64,000 nucleotides of DNA, taken from NCBI GenBank assembly GCA_973895155.1, contig OZ316891.1, positions 29,003,611 through 29,067,610 of the forward strand, read 5' to 3'. Under the pieces are notes generated by a model, which saw only the letters and a program-made list of their open reading frames with translations, had not been told where the DNA came from and did not search any database. Origin of the DNA: Marsupella aquatica. Lineage: Eukaryota; Plantae; Marchantiophyta. Shown here one piece after another: positions 11,455 through 23,893 of the stretch (positions within the stretch are counted from its first letter, which is position 1; every line of letters begins with the position of its first letter). Made by a program: the position numbers and the translations under genes.

Positions 11455-11643
11455 AGTACATGGCTCAGTAGGTCTTTGTTCTTTGGCCGTTCGGTGGGGT
11501 TCTTAATTGTTCTATGGCCCTGTAGGCTTTTGGCCTTTTGGTTTCTTGGCTTTGGGTTTTTCAGGTTTTCTCGATCCAATGTTTTCCCCATTTATTGGCC
11601 TTTGGGATCATGTCTCCCGGTTAGGCATTTTTGTTCCTTTGCA

Positions 11644-11644
<1 letters not shown>
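11455..11644 (+). repeat. LINE/SINE-like 3' tail, one of four related copies
   Basis: T-rich block ending GCCTTTGGGATCATGTCTCCCGGTT...TTTTGTTCCTTTGCAG. Similar sequence occurs at about 25835-25945 (-), 26030-26195 (+, with A-rich tail) and 58128-58290 (+). Confidence 0.55.

Positions 11645-11696
<52 letters not shown>
11645..11696. repeat. (TA)26 microsatellite
   Basis: Perfect dinucleotide run. Confidence 0.98.
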
Positions 11697-11698
<2 letters not shown>

Positions 11699-12332
11699 AT
11701 GGACCAAAGAACCGCAATTTATAAAAAAAAATGAATAAACAAAGTAGAGTGAAGGGAAAGCAAAACGGTGGTCCCAAAAGGCAAACACCAAACATAAAAA
11801 AACAGGCAAATGCAACCCCAAAAATGGAATAACAAGAGGAAGAAAAGGAAGGGGGAAATTGCTACCACTTCCCATGTGGGTCGGACTAAAGGTTCATATC
11901 TGAGGAAAATATGGCAGGAGCTAATTGTACATATCCAGGGTGGTAACTGAATCTGCAAGTGGGACAAGGGCGGGGTTGGTGGAAAGGTTATCTCTAGTAG
12001 TTGAAGGCTAGACTTAAGTTACTTATACAACAATGTGCTTTTGGTGCTTTGGGGCAAGAATGTCCACTCTCCTTTGTACTTTGAGATCTTGTAGGTTGGC
12101 ATTGGAGATGGATATACTGGGTTATTAGGTTTCAATTTTAGGCTGCCCTCTCGGACTGCTGGTAGATCTGGTGTTTTAGCTCCTGGGCCTTTGGAAAGGT
12201 TGGTTGTAGCCCTTGGCCCCCCCTGCACGGCTAGGAGGGACTCTGTTTGGATTTGTGGATGTGGTTCTGCTCATTGATTGGTTATATTTTTACATAATTA
12301 TGGTTCTTTTATTTTGGCCACGTGGGGACGCT

Positions 12333-12840
12333 GTATTATTTCTCTTTGTATTTTTGAGTACATTAAATTCCATACACTCTCCCCTCTTTTGAGGATGGGG
12401 ATTATACTAAACACCATAAATGTAAGAAATGTAAAACCCAAAATATAGTTTTACCATGTAAAACAAAATAATAGGTTGTATAAAAAATAATAAGACTTGC
12501 TTTTAATTTTGTTGTGTTTTTGGTTAATTCCATAGCACCCACTTCTTGCATGGCCTTTCAGTTTTTGCGTATGTTAATGTCCCAATTATGGGCATTATAA
12601 AAATAATGCTCCTCAAAACTTGGGTTATCGCCCCTCGCTCTTGGGGGTATTATATCTCACAATGCCCTTCAACCAGGCATTATCTTATTGAAAAATATTT
12701 TTGTGATTTATTCCGTTGTGTTTTTGAGTGATTAATTTTCCATACAACCTCACTTAGTTTTAGGAGCGGATCATGCCGAACACCATAAATGCAGTAAATG
12801 TAAAACCCAAATATAGTTTTACCATATAAAACAAGAAACT
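12333..12840. repeat. Degenerate direct repeat, period about 370 bp
   Basis: ACACCATAAATG...AAATGTAAAACCCAAA...TATAGTTTTACCAT occurs at about 12412 and about 12780, with similar upstream context. Confidence 0.7.
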
Positions 12841-12975
12841 ACATGAAATATCACAAGATTTGCCAATCAACCACTTCTTGAATGGTCCTTTAACTTCAAT
12901 TTTCTATTTCAGAGATTCATTTTTAGTTGTCTATCACCAAAAACTTGCTTACATTTTAAAGTATGTTAATGTACT

Positions 12976-13143
12976 AGGGCGTCTCAATCCTTGGAGTCGC
13001 GGGAAAAAAAAGAGGCCCGGAACTAGCAGTTTCGGTCACGGTTCAGCAGTGTGCGGACATGGATTTTTGTGTCCTCCACTTTTTTCCCGGGATTCAGTGT
13101 CTGACCGCAACTGGAAGCAGCAAGGCAAAGTTTGAGACGCCCT
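12976..13143. mobile_element. 168-bp PHIS/Harbinger-group MITE
   Basis: Perfect 12-bp TIR AGGGCGTCTCAA / TTGAGACGCCCT, with ACT duplicated on both sides. Confidence 0.82.
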
Positions 13144-13552
13144 ACTAGTTCCTGGCATTATGAGACACTTGGGGTCAAAACTTGGGCTACCTCCCTCTTT
13201 TTTGGGGACATTATATCTCATGATGCCCTCTAGCAGGTACATTATCTATAACTATAATAAGTGATCCAGTCTGTTTTAGTCTTTCCTCCCAATACAAAAA
13301 AGCTGGGTGAAAAAGATTCACAGCCCTTGGATTTGATTGGTATTTGATTGGTTGTTTTCCTATCATTAATGGAGAAAATGTCCACCTCTGACACATATGT
13401 GCTTCTCCTTACCCCCATAAATACCTCTCCCCCATTCTGGCCCTCCTTGCTATGCCACTCCAGGGGCATAGGGCTCATCTTATTCATAATTTACTTAGGA
13501 TAGGATTGAATATATAGGGGGAAAAAGGGGAAATTCTTTCGTCCCTGTTAAG

Positions 13553-13673
13553 ATTTGGAGCAAAGGCCGGTGAAGTCTCTGCAATTTGGACAGTGGAGCT
13601 CGATGGGGCGTGGGAGGCAGACCAAAGGTGGATCACCTACTGCTGCTCATTGACATGCTGATTGGTTAGTTGT
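13553..13673 (+). pseudogene. Decayed duplicate of the TSR3 5'UTR and first coding exon
   Basis: Aligns with 14318-14438. ATG at 13603 gives MGRGRQTKGGSPTAAH then TGA at 13651 (CGA in the live copy). The GTTAGT donor is retained. Confidence 0.85.
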
Positions 13674-14367
13674 GTCTCCTTCACATCCATCTTTCAGGTA
13701 CTCTACTCTTTGAATTTAAGTGACAATAATCTGGCAATTTGAATGCGGGTCCGACTCAACTCTAAATCAGGAAGGTTGAAGTTTCTGTGCCTCGTAGTCT
13801 TTTGTCAGCGATAGAATTACCCGTGTGCGCGGTAGGATGCTCCAGACTCGACATGACCTACTTCGCTTGAGTTGGTTGGAGCGATTCGTCACTTTGCTTG
13901 AGGTAGTTGAAGCGATTCGTCTTGTTCTCGACTTTACAACGGAGTGCAGAGGTGAGGGGACGATAAGAAAGACTCCGCACGATTGATATTTGATAGATAG
14001 CTCTCTGAAATCTAAGATGTTCCGTGCTTTTGAGATTGACGACTGTTGTCTTCATTAAGAATAAAGAAATAAAGACAGTAAAGTTGTATACGCTGAGTAA
14101 TTTCTTAAACCCCTAAAAACCCCTCACATGGGTAACTTCTTTACACAACTTCGAAGGTAAAGCTCAGGGTTTGCTAATTGGTACTTAAATCCGTGGAATC
14201 TGGAAAGAGATACTGAACTGAGCTGTGGAAATGGTCACACTTACCGGACCAGAATGAGAGGGTTACAGAGTTCAGTTTGCGTAAACACACATGAGTCTCC
14301 CTCGAAGTAGGAAGTCCATTTGGAGCAAAGGCAGCAGAAGTCTCTGCAATTTGGACCGTGGAGCACG

Positions 14368-17300
14368 ATGGGGCGCGGGAGGCAGAGCAAAGGCGGACCA
14401 CGGACTGCTGCTCATCGACCCGCTGACTGGTTAGTTGTTTTCACCTTAGGCTCGCTGGAAAGCTCAGAAAACATCGGAGACACATCTGTAGAGGCTGTCT
14501 CTCGAAACTCGTCAAATTGAATGGGAGCTCTCTTTGCAAAATGCAGGGACTCGGATTGGAACATTCAAAGCCTTCCATCAGGTGTTCTAGTGACAGGTAA
14601 GATTTCAGCTGGTTACAATTTCTTTCGGCGTTGTGTTTCCATGCGTTCCATGCATTTTGACATCAGTAGACGATTGGGATGCTTTTGTATATATCCAATC
14701 TGGAATTTTGATGTCCTTTTGTAGAAGAAACTCATCGGGGATGATGACGCCCGTGGACAGGATACCTAGTTTGCATAGATGCAGATGCAGTGGCATTAAC
14801 CGAAGTTTATTCCACGTCCTTGCAGATTCCAATGAGCCTGGTAAAGGAAAGAAGCTGCCAATAAGTCTGGCTATGTGGGTACGATGAATGAACCTGTAGA
14901 AATTGTAGTCTCTGAATGAGGACGCCTTTGTTTGGTTCAAGGAGGAGGCCCTCTATCTGTCTCTTAAGTGAAGCTAGCTTCGCTCGCATGAGGGAGCTTA
15001 AAAAAATTCTTATTTTGAGTAGTACTTGATGCCTTCTGTGAGCCGTGGCCAAATCTTTGATTAGCGGCTCAGTGTACTCTCTCAACACTTTTTAAAGACC
15101 TTCAGTTTGGTAGGGAGGTTTCCGATGTTTGATTATCGGTCGGATCGGTCATCAAAGTTGTATCTCTGTTCCAACTTAATAAACTGTGCTGGAAGATCAG
15201 CCCAGGATCTTTGATGTAGGGGGGCTGCATATTGACTACTCTTCACCTTAGTAATAATCATTCGATTCAATTTTTGTAGCAACGACAAAGATGATTGAGA
15301 TTTCGGTTGTACTGTCTGTTTTGCAGGATTTTGGTCAATGCGATGCCAAACGGTGTACTGGACGGAAGCTTTCACGCCTAGGTTACTTGCGGGTATGTTC
15401 TGCTCTACAGCGCTCTCATCCAGACTCCAGATGTAGGATTGACACTACAAGACCAACGCAAGTTCTAAAGCGTTGCATTCTGTTCTTTCTTATGCAGGAA
15501 TTGCGAGTGCAACAGCACTTTCCAGGTGTTGTGCTCAGGTGAGCTTAATTATGCATGGCATATGTTGAAAGGAATTTCTTTTGTTCATAGAAAGTTTCAC
15601 TCTCGGAATCTACTGTAGTGGTTCTTCTAACCCCTTGTTTCCCTATCACACTCCATGGGGATGGCTGGAGACAACATAGTAGTAGCGGCTATAGTTTTCA
15701 AATCGTTGCTACGTTTGTTGCCTCCTGCTTTATTGCTATTATAATTTTTCTGATCTCACTATTCGGAATCTCACTAATAATCGTGAGATTGTGTTATAAC
15801 AATGAGGTGGACACCGTTTCTTTAGTCCATTTATGTTTAGACGCGGATCTGCCATGGGGAGGACGCAACAATTTCCTGTGCTGGGATAACCACTGAAGGG
15901 ATTGTCGTCTTGCTTAGTACATTCTTGTGATTTGACGTTCTTTCTATTGTTCATGTTAATGCAACTGAGACCTCTTACTGTCTGGTGCAGTCCTGTGGGT
16001 GGGAAATGTGTTTCAAAGGAGGACCGAGAGTTGATGAGAGTGAAAGGATTGGCAGTCGTAGATTGCTCATGGAGTAAGCTAACTGCTGTACCGTTCGCAC
16101 AGCTACGTTGCGGTGCCCCTCGCTTATGTACCGCTCTCTCCCAGAACGTTTATTTAGCCATTTGTTGTTCTTTTTATTTGTTACAATTTGGTGAGTTTTC
16201 CTGTTTATGTTGCTAGTACTGCTGTTGATAAGCCTCACAGGCTTTCATGTTGGCTTTAATCAATTCTACTGAATAATTCTGTAAAATGTCACATTAAAAA
16301 GGTGACCATTGTGAGGATGTGCTCATTTGGTGTAAAATGTCAGGGTACCCTTCAGACGTATCTCATCTCCAAGACATATTTTATTATTTTCTGTGTCCTG
16401 ATACTGTCTAAGCTGCCAGAGGGACTGTTGGTGGATGTTCTAAGCCACTGGTGTTTTATTATTTAACAGTTACAATTGCTCCAACCCGTTTGAATAGTTC
16501 CTCTCCACAGGGTAAAGCTTACATTGGCCATCTTGAGGACAGAGGAGTGTTACTGTCGCTGACAACCTTTCTTGGTTTAACGCATAATTTTATGGGAGTC
16601 TATCTCTGGAATGTACAAGCAGATTCCTACATACCCAATTTGTGAAACTTGGAAGGTATAGAAGACTGCTACATCCAATGTATTGCACTCACAAGGATTT
16701 TCCTGGATGATGTTTTGGTGGTATGCAGTGCCTTGGTTAGTGGCAGCAAATCCGGTCAATTATGGGCGTCCTTGCAAACTTTCGTGTGTGGAGGCTCTAG
16801 TGGCAGCACTTTTCATCTGGTGCTCCCTCTCTCTGTTCTGTTTGGCGCTACTTTCAACGTTTTCTCATATTGGCAACTTTCACTGACCACAATTTGCAAT
16901 TGTGCATCATGTGTTGAAGCAACAAAGCTCGATGGTCACTGGTTCTGTCCTTGTTGAACCCATCTTGATACCCAACTTGGTTCCTTCTCGTGGGTATCCT
17001 TCGACAGAATTGCTTGAAATAGAATCGTTTGGAGTGGGAGCCGTTCTTCCTGTCAGGATTTAAATTACCTTTCTGAATTAGTTGAGGCGACTCCAACGAC
17101 GGCACTCCTGTGTGTCCCCTCTTGATGATTTAGAAATTCCGCAAACCGATTGCAGTTTTCGTCATGGTTTGCTCTCGGGATTGTGCAATTATCTTGTAGT
17201 CCTGCCAGAGCGTCTGTCCGTCAACAAACTATGCATGCGCAGATGGGTTTGTGTTTCTTAGATCGTGTTGCAGATGTAGCTCCAGATTGTAGCAGATCGT

Positions 17301-18875
17301 TGTGGTGTTTTGATGGCTTACAGATAGCGTACGATATGTTTGTCAGATGGAGACAAGCAAATGTTATGGGTTTCTTGCGTCTTATATTTGAAATCAGTCC
17401 TACAAATTGACAATTGCATGTCTATATTCTGTATGGCAGACAGGCATCTGACGCGATTGTTTTTGGAAGTGGTTCAGTGGGGAGGAGCAAAGTGCTACGA
17501 CACTGCTGGACAAGTTTACATGGGGACATTCTTTCTTATCTCTGAATAGGTAGATTGTGAACTTGTGGATTTACTGTCGGAATCCATGAACCTCTTGATT
17601 GCTAGTTTAAAACAACTTGAATCCAGGCCTTTCACGTGCGTCCATTTCATGCATGTGTCTCCCAAGAGGACGTTCTGATGGCAGAATTTGCTTACTGGCG
17701 ATGTGTTTTTCAAGGACTGAATTGGGTGAACTTTGGATATATTGTGCAATTGTTTTCGAGGGTCCTTCATCTTTTGCTCAACAATAGGGTTGTATGTTGC
17801 TGATGATCTGACGAAGCTTAGTGAATTGTTAGCAGAGAGTTATTGGAGGCATATGCTGCTTGCAAAACTGGTGCGGAAGTGATAGAGGTGCAAAACGAAT
17901 GGCTTGCGAGTAATGATAAACCTGAGTCATCAACTGACTTGAAAGGTACAGATTCTTTAGCCAAAAGGAGACTGGTCATACTTTGTGAGACTTATCTCTT
18001 GCTACATATCTACAAGCTAGGAAATAGCGGTTCCTACCATGACATGGGAGTTCTTCGGAATGTCCGCTTTACTAATTTACCACAGTGGATGATACCTGAC
18101 CGCACATTGGTAGTCTGTCAATTTAACAGCCCTTGAGTTTGTCTGAACGCTAAAAGCACGTTACTTTAGGGGTAGAGATCTCTAATCCCTGGTTGGCAGG
18201 TTATTGTGTCAACTTGTTAAGTAGGTGGAGACCTGCTTTTGTATAGATTTGCGGGTCACTCATGTATGGTGCCGCTATGTCTTCCTTCTGAACGGAGCTA
18301 TTGGCGATGATGTGATCATTTGATGTTCTATGTTTCTTGTATGTAAATGGTGGAGAGCAGATGAGGCTCCTCTTAGGTTAGAATCAACGAAACTTTTACT
18401 TGGGCTTACCTGCTTACTGTTCTTCGTTATGAACAAAGCTAATGGCACTCATGGCTTTCACCTGAGAATGCCATCGAGAATCTTGCGGACTAGCTTTCAA
18501 ATTTAGATCTGTGCTCAGGTCTATGCAATTATAGACCTGGAGAGAACTTTCAGAGAAAAGAATATCTCGAATAAACATATAACAAATTCTAATTTGTTTT
18601 TTGGATTTGATATCTGACACTCGATTGTTTTCTTAGATCGTCAACGGCAAGATGGCAGTGACTCGGACGATGGCTTGCCACCTCTTGTCAGAAATATGAA
18701 TCGTTTAGACCTGGGAGAAGATGAAGAAGCTAGCGAGGACGAAGAGGACGATGGGGATGAAGATGAAGATGATGAAGAAGAAGAAGGAGAGAATAGTGGC
18801 GAAGACGAGGATGAAAGAGAGCATACTCTGCTCGATGCTCAGAAGGTTGAAGGGAATCTTGACGCTAAGCAGTAA
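14368..18875 (+). CDS. TSR3: 18S rRNA aminocarboxypropyltransferase TSR3; exons 14368-14429, 14547-14596 (alternative donor 14581), 14826-14878, 15327-15392, 15498-15538, 15991-16127, 16729-16819, 17478-17549, 17836-17945, 18637-18875
   Basis: Motifs [88 protein letters not shown] and an acidic tail. All introns are GT-AG and phase-consistent. Confidence 0.96.
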
Positions 18876-20084
18876 GGTCCTCAGTGACCATTCCATGTAA
18901 AATGTATACTCTCCAACATCGTCATTTTTCCTGTCACTGTGTGCTTCAGACGGTCGAATAAGTCATCCAAACAGGAAAAAAATGTAATTACTATGCGTCC
19001 CCACGTAGAAGAGAGGCTTCAGTTGTAGGCGATATGTTATTCCTATTTCTGTATGTCATTTCCATTTTTGTTATCACCCAGCCATAGGTTTGGAATGCTA
19101 CTTTGCTCTGCTAGCAACTGTTTCTGGAGGCTGTTTTTGAAAAGGTTTCTATCCTTTGAGCTTATTGAATGGGATCTCTGTTATATCATCATCCTGATTT
19201 CTTCCTTGAAGACTGGAAGGATTTCATCCCTGAGGATGAGCAGCCGACAACGTGTTGTACTTACAATTTTGACTTGGATCAATACAAATGAGTTGTGATT
19301 GATGCACTCAAGCAAATATAATTTCAAATGATGATCATGTCAGTCTTACCGATCTCTAATCACAAGCACATAGAATGTCATACCAAGTGCTTGTTGCAGT
19401 CAATGTTACAGGTGTTACAGGGAACTCTAGAACACTAAAATTACCGGGGACTCAGCAACACTAAGACATTTTTAAAAACCAATTATACCGCACCAATATC
19501 CCGCTCAGACATAGATATTACGAGACTTTGCATGGGGTCCCAAATCTTGCAGGGCGGACTGGGGAAATGTCTTAAACGATGAACCCAATGACAACTTGCC
19601 CACCTTGTCTATGGAAGGTCGAAAAACCTCCAATTTCAAATATTATTAGGGCCATTAATAGTTTTGTCAAGGGCTACCATGCAATTTTCGTTGTAGTCAC
19701 CAATTACAGTTGGCAAGCTGTCATTCAGGGGCTCGACAAGTTAAAAGTTTAGCGCACCAAGTAAAATTCTGGGCTGCTGTCATCCCCACTGTCGTCCAAA
19801 GGCTCGACAAGTAAATAGTTTAGTTCATGGACTCCACTAAGAAAGCAACCTCTTTTATGGCTGGAGTCTTTCATTCTTACTGCCACTATCCTTGACCAAA
19901 ATCCAACTTTCAGACAAACTTAACCAGGGGTTTATGGTTTCAGATGGGTTGCAATAAAATTCTTCTTTCAGCTCTGAACATCATGCTGGCGACCAGATTG
20001 GTTTTCAGTGGAAACACCCGTGCACAGACTGCCCAAGTTAGTGGTGGCAGCTCTTTTCAGGAACGACACATTTTCATTCCACTA

Positions 20085-20291
20085 CCCAGCCTGGCCTGCA
20101 GCATTTCCCTCATGTAAAATTTCTGTGGAATGGAAGGTTTGAGATGCCCGAATGAACCCAAACTTTGAAAGTCCTGGTCCAGGCCATTCCAGGACCCAGC
20201 ATGGCCTGCAGCATTCCCCTCATGTAAAATTTCTGTGGAATGGGAGGTTTGAGATGCCCTAATGAACCCAACTTTGAAAGTCCTGGTCCAG
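20085..20291. repeat. Two-copy tandem repeat, about 110-bp unit
   Basis: CCCAGC.TGGCCTGCAGCATT...GAAAGTCCTGGTCCAG occurs twice. Confidence 0.9.
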
Positions 20292-22499
20292 TTGGCCTGC
20301 AGGAGCACTGCAACTCACAGGCAGCCTCCCATCTTACTAATAAAACACGAACTGCAGCCTACTTTTCACAAGCTAAGGTCTAGAGTGAAGCCTCTAGACC
20401 GTAACTCTATGGTCATCATGTGCATGGTCATCATGTACATGGGAAAAACTTATGACATGACTATGATATATATACATGTCAGTTTTATGTGATAATTTTT
20501 AAATATTTACATTAAAAAAAATATAGGTAGTGCATACAAAAAGCTTGTGCACATCAAGGAGAATGATATATTATATATGACTATTAAAATGATGAATTTT
20601 TTTTATCATTTCATTAATCTTCAAAGAATATGAATCAAAAATATGTTTTGATAATTCTTTTATTGTCCTCTCCGCTATTCACGTTCAAAGAACGGGTAGT
20701 CGGGCTAGTACTTCCAATTAGCCGTGCCTTCAAAGTTGCGCCTCCAGTTGAGTGGTGTAAATGCGCTATCCCGTTTGGTCTCAAGTAGTCAGAAACTTCA
20801 GTGGGTTCTGTGCGCATGAATTGGGAGTGGAATCTGACACTATCTGTCCCAATGATGGGAGCCTCCCATTCTCCCAAAGTTGTGCCTCTGAAGTTACAGC
20901 TCTTGTTGAGTGTCAATAAGCCTGTTTGGTCTCAATAAGCCAGAACTTTTAATGGGTTCCATCGGTGCAAAGTTGGAGTGGGAGTTAGACACTCCCACTG
21001 AAGGGAGCCAGGTTCCATGGTGGACCAAAGACCCAGTTTCCCCCTAGTACTTTCAAATGTAGTACAAATTAAGTAGGATGATGATTTCTCAAACCCAGGA
21101 AGCTTCCACCTGCCTACTATAGCTATATAGTACAAATTTTCTATACAAGGATGAAAAGATACCCTGCCATTTAAAAACCAAAACAATAGAACCTTCCAAG
21201 CCTACCTGCCTGCCCTCCTGCAGGCTTGGTACCATACTGCACGACCATGGTTTGGAAAGGACTATGGTAGGTACAGTACCTTAGTTATTTGGATGACCAT
21301 GGACACTAGTGCGGTAACATACTGTAGGCAACTAAGAGGGACACAAATAGTGTTGTGTTGGTCATCTTTTGGTATTTTCTGCGGTGCTGTTAATCTTTGA
21401 ATAAAGTAGTGGTCTAGGATTAACAGGAACTCGTCGTTGGTTGCAACTCCCAAGGTTAGGTACTAAGGATTGAAGGATGTTTTCTTTAGCAATGGAGAGT
21501 TTGCAGACAAACAGGATTGCATTTTTAGTTCCCAGCACATTGTCTTGTGAATTAACGTTGACTTGCAACATATCCCTATTACACAGTTTGAGATCCATTG
21601 AAGAATGATGGTTGTTGACAATTGAGTTAAATGTGGAGTGACTTTTTGGTTGAGGTAGTTGCTAATCTTCAGGCTGGTGGGCTGGTTGTTATAGGAGTGT
21701 TAATGAATTTCTGTTGTTGGTGGACTTCATATTCTGTTGTTACAAGGACTGAAAAAGTTCTCTCTAGCTGTAAGCCCGGCTGTAAGTTCTAGACAGTTTG
21801 CACAATCATACAAAAGAAGGCCCGGAACAAGGCAAGAATGCATTTCTGTCTACCTGGACAACCACTAACATTATCAGACATGGTCCTATGGGTTTATGAA
21901 ACCAACACTGATGCGATTGCAAATATTAGGGTGTCTCAAAGCTGACAATTTGATGGACCTTAACTCTCTACTTATGGGAGGACACAAAAAAAATAAAGAG
22001 TCCACTAAATTTATGGGGTGCTTAACCAGAAGGAGTAGCAGAAACCTGGGCTACAGCAGACGCATGGCTGACTGGACTGGACAGAGTAGGGGCTCTCAAA
22101 CCTCACATTTGATGGACCTTAAGTTAGTAGTTATAAGTTAAGGTTATGGACAGGAAAAACTATGGACTACCATAGTTACAGATATTTGGGGTGTGTCAAA
22201 ACAAGGCCTTAAATGAGATATATGGCCAAGGTCAGGCCATTGTCATAAAATTGCTTTATGGCCAGGTCGTAAGGAAATCAAAGAGAACCTTAGGAAGTAC
22301 AACAGGGAAAACACCCCCGGGAATAACAGCCAATGAACAAGGCTCAAAGTGCAAGTGTCTCATACCGGGAATATGGGTACAGTCATTCCCTAATGTCAAG
22401 TCAAGCAAGGGTAGCGTTGCCATGCATGGCCAGGAAATAATGTCAGCCATACAATATTATACAGAGTTACAGGGCACCTAAGTATACATTGCTATTTCA

Positions 22500-23893
22500 C
22501 AAGAATAATTTGGTCAGGGAGTTTGGTATAATTAAGTATGATTTGTTTGATACACATGCACCCTTTTCCATTAGTGATACTGTAATTGTCCTTCCTGGCT
22601 TTGTGTGCATTAGGGGAATCCTTAGGAGAGTCATTCACATGATTTCTGTCCCAATCTGCATATGTCCTGGTCTTGGCAATGCAGGTGTTAAATCCTCTTT
22701 GCCCTTGTGACCAAAAGTGATTTCTGTCCCAATCTGCATATGTCCTGGTCTTGGCAATGCAGGTGTTAAATCCTCTTTGCCCTTGTGACCAAAAGTGTTA
22801 TAATTGTATGCTGCCACCAAATGCGGAGCATTCACATATCCTGAATCCCTGAGAATGTACTGTCCATCATCTAAAGCTAAATTGTCATGAATTTTGTCTA
22901 GGAGAATGCATCTCTTAACTCAGGCAATGAGGTCAAAACAAGACTGCGACATTCCTACACAAACAGACAATCATGAATATGAAACGATTATGCAATGCAA
23001 TATAAGATCGTACTCCGGTGAAGGATATGCGTAGATATGAAAATTACTGACGTGGAAATAATGGACAGTGCTCACTAGCATTTACAAAAATAATCTGTAG
23101 ACTCTTGTGGTCACACACAACCTGGGCATTGATGGAATAGCCGCGTGACAACCTGTCAAAGTAATATTCCCCATGGTTCTAGGGTTGTTGTGTTCAGGGA
23201 ATTGTGGTTCCATCAATCAACCCTAAGTAGCCATGGAAGCCACACTTGGCAAACTCTAGTGAAATCCCCATTTGCTCTTCATTGTGTGACCATGTCACTA
23301 ATCACCAATGGCAGGTTCTAGAGCCGTGACCCATCTCGTGGTGTACTTCACACATGACCCAACACTTACACCCCACGGCAACAAAGTTTGTTTCAAGCAG
23401 ACTCCATTCCCTATGTGGCCCAACCTATCTAGGCAAGTGTCTAACTGAAGAGAAACAGGGACCTGTTCATGACAGAATTGTTACAAAAAAATAGGATGCA
23501 ATTCAATTAGCTCAAGCAAGGCAAAGAATGCTTCCCTATCCATCCTGCAAATTTGCCTGAAGTCACTAGGGGGGAGAGTGGTTATGAAAAAGGTGTATGC
23601 AAATTCTTTAGCTGGAGTTGTTTTGATCTTTTCTCATAGAAACTGACTGTCCAAAACGGCATATAAGTCAAACAACTTGGCAGGTTTTGCATGGACATCA
23701 CTTGGATCATCAACAATTTCAGCCTTTGAATCAAAGAATGAGTATTTGGTGATATGAACCCACTGCTGCAAGAGGGTTGATTTGATGAGTCGCTAATGCC
23801 ATCATCATCACTAGAGCTATCCATCATAATACTCAAATAAATATGCTGACAAACCCATTTCAGGCATTGTTGGCGATTTGACACCTTTGGCAT
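22500..23893 (-). pseudogene. Harbinger-type (DDE_Tnp_4) transposase pseudogene
   Basis: Across stops and frameshifts: MPKVSNRQQ..., FRQICRMDREAFFALLELI, QLDTCLDRLGHIGNG, GFHGYLGLIDGTTIP, YYFDRLSRGYSINAQVVCDH, GMSQSCFD, GQYILRDSGY, FNTCIAKTR. The 3' end is approximate. Confidence 0.88.
22640..22795. repeat. Exact two-copy 78-bp tandem duplication within the transposase pseudogene
   Basis: TGATTTCTGTCCCAATC...TGTGACCAAAAG is repeated with no mismatch seen. Confidence 0.93.

Noticed and set aside
9520-11455. Alternative LTR limits TGTAAATGC...GCGTTACA
   Set aside because: The flanks (AACAT versus GTACA) give no TSD, whereas 9328-11339 has a TSD and restores a split repeat.
11410-11967. ORFs containing YIYIYI runs
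   Set aside because: These are translations of the (TA)n microsatellite and T-rich tails.
20635-21800. Chain of minus-strand ORFs
   Set aside because: No recognisable motif; part of the region is a degenerate repeat of about 150 bp. A partial miR319-like match near 20995 lacks a hairpin partner.
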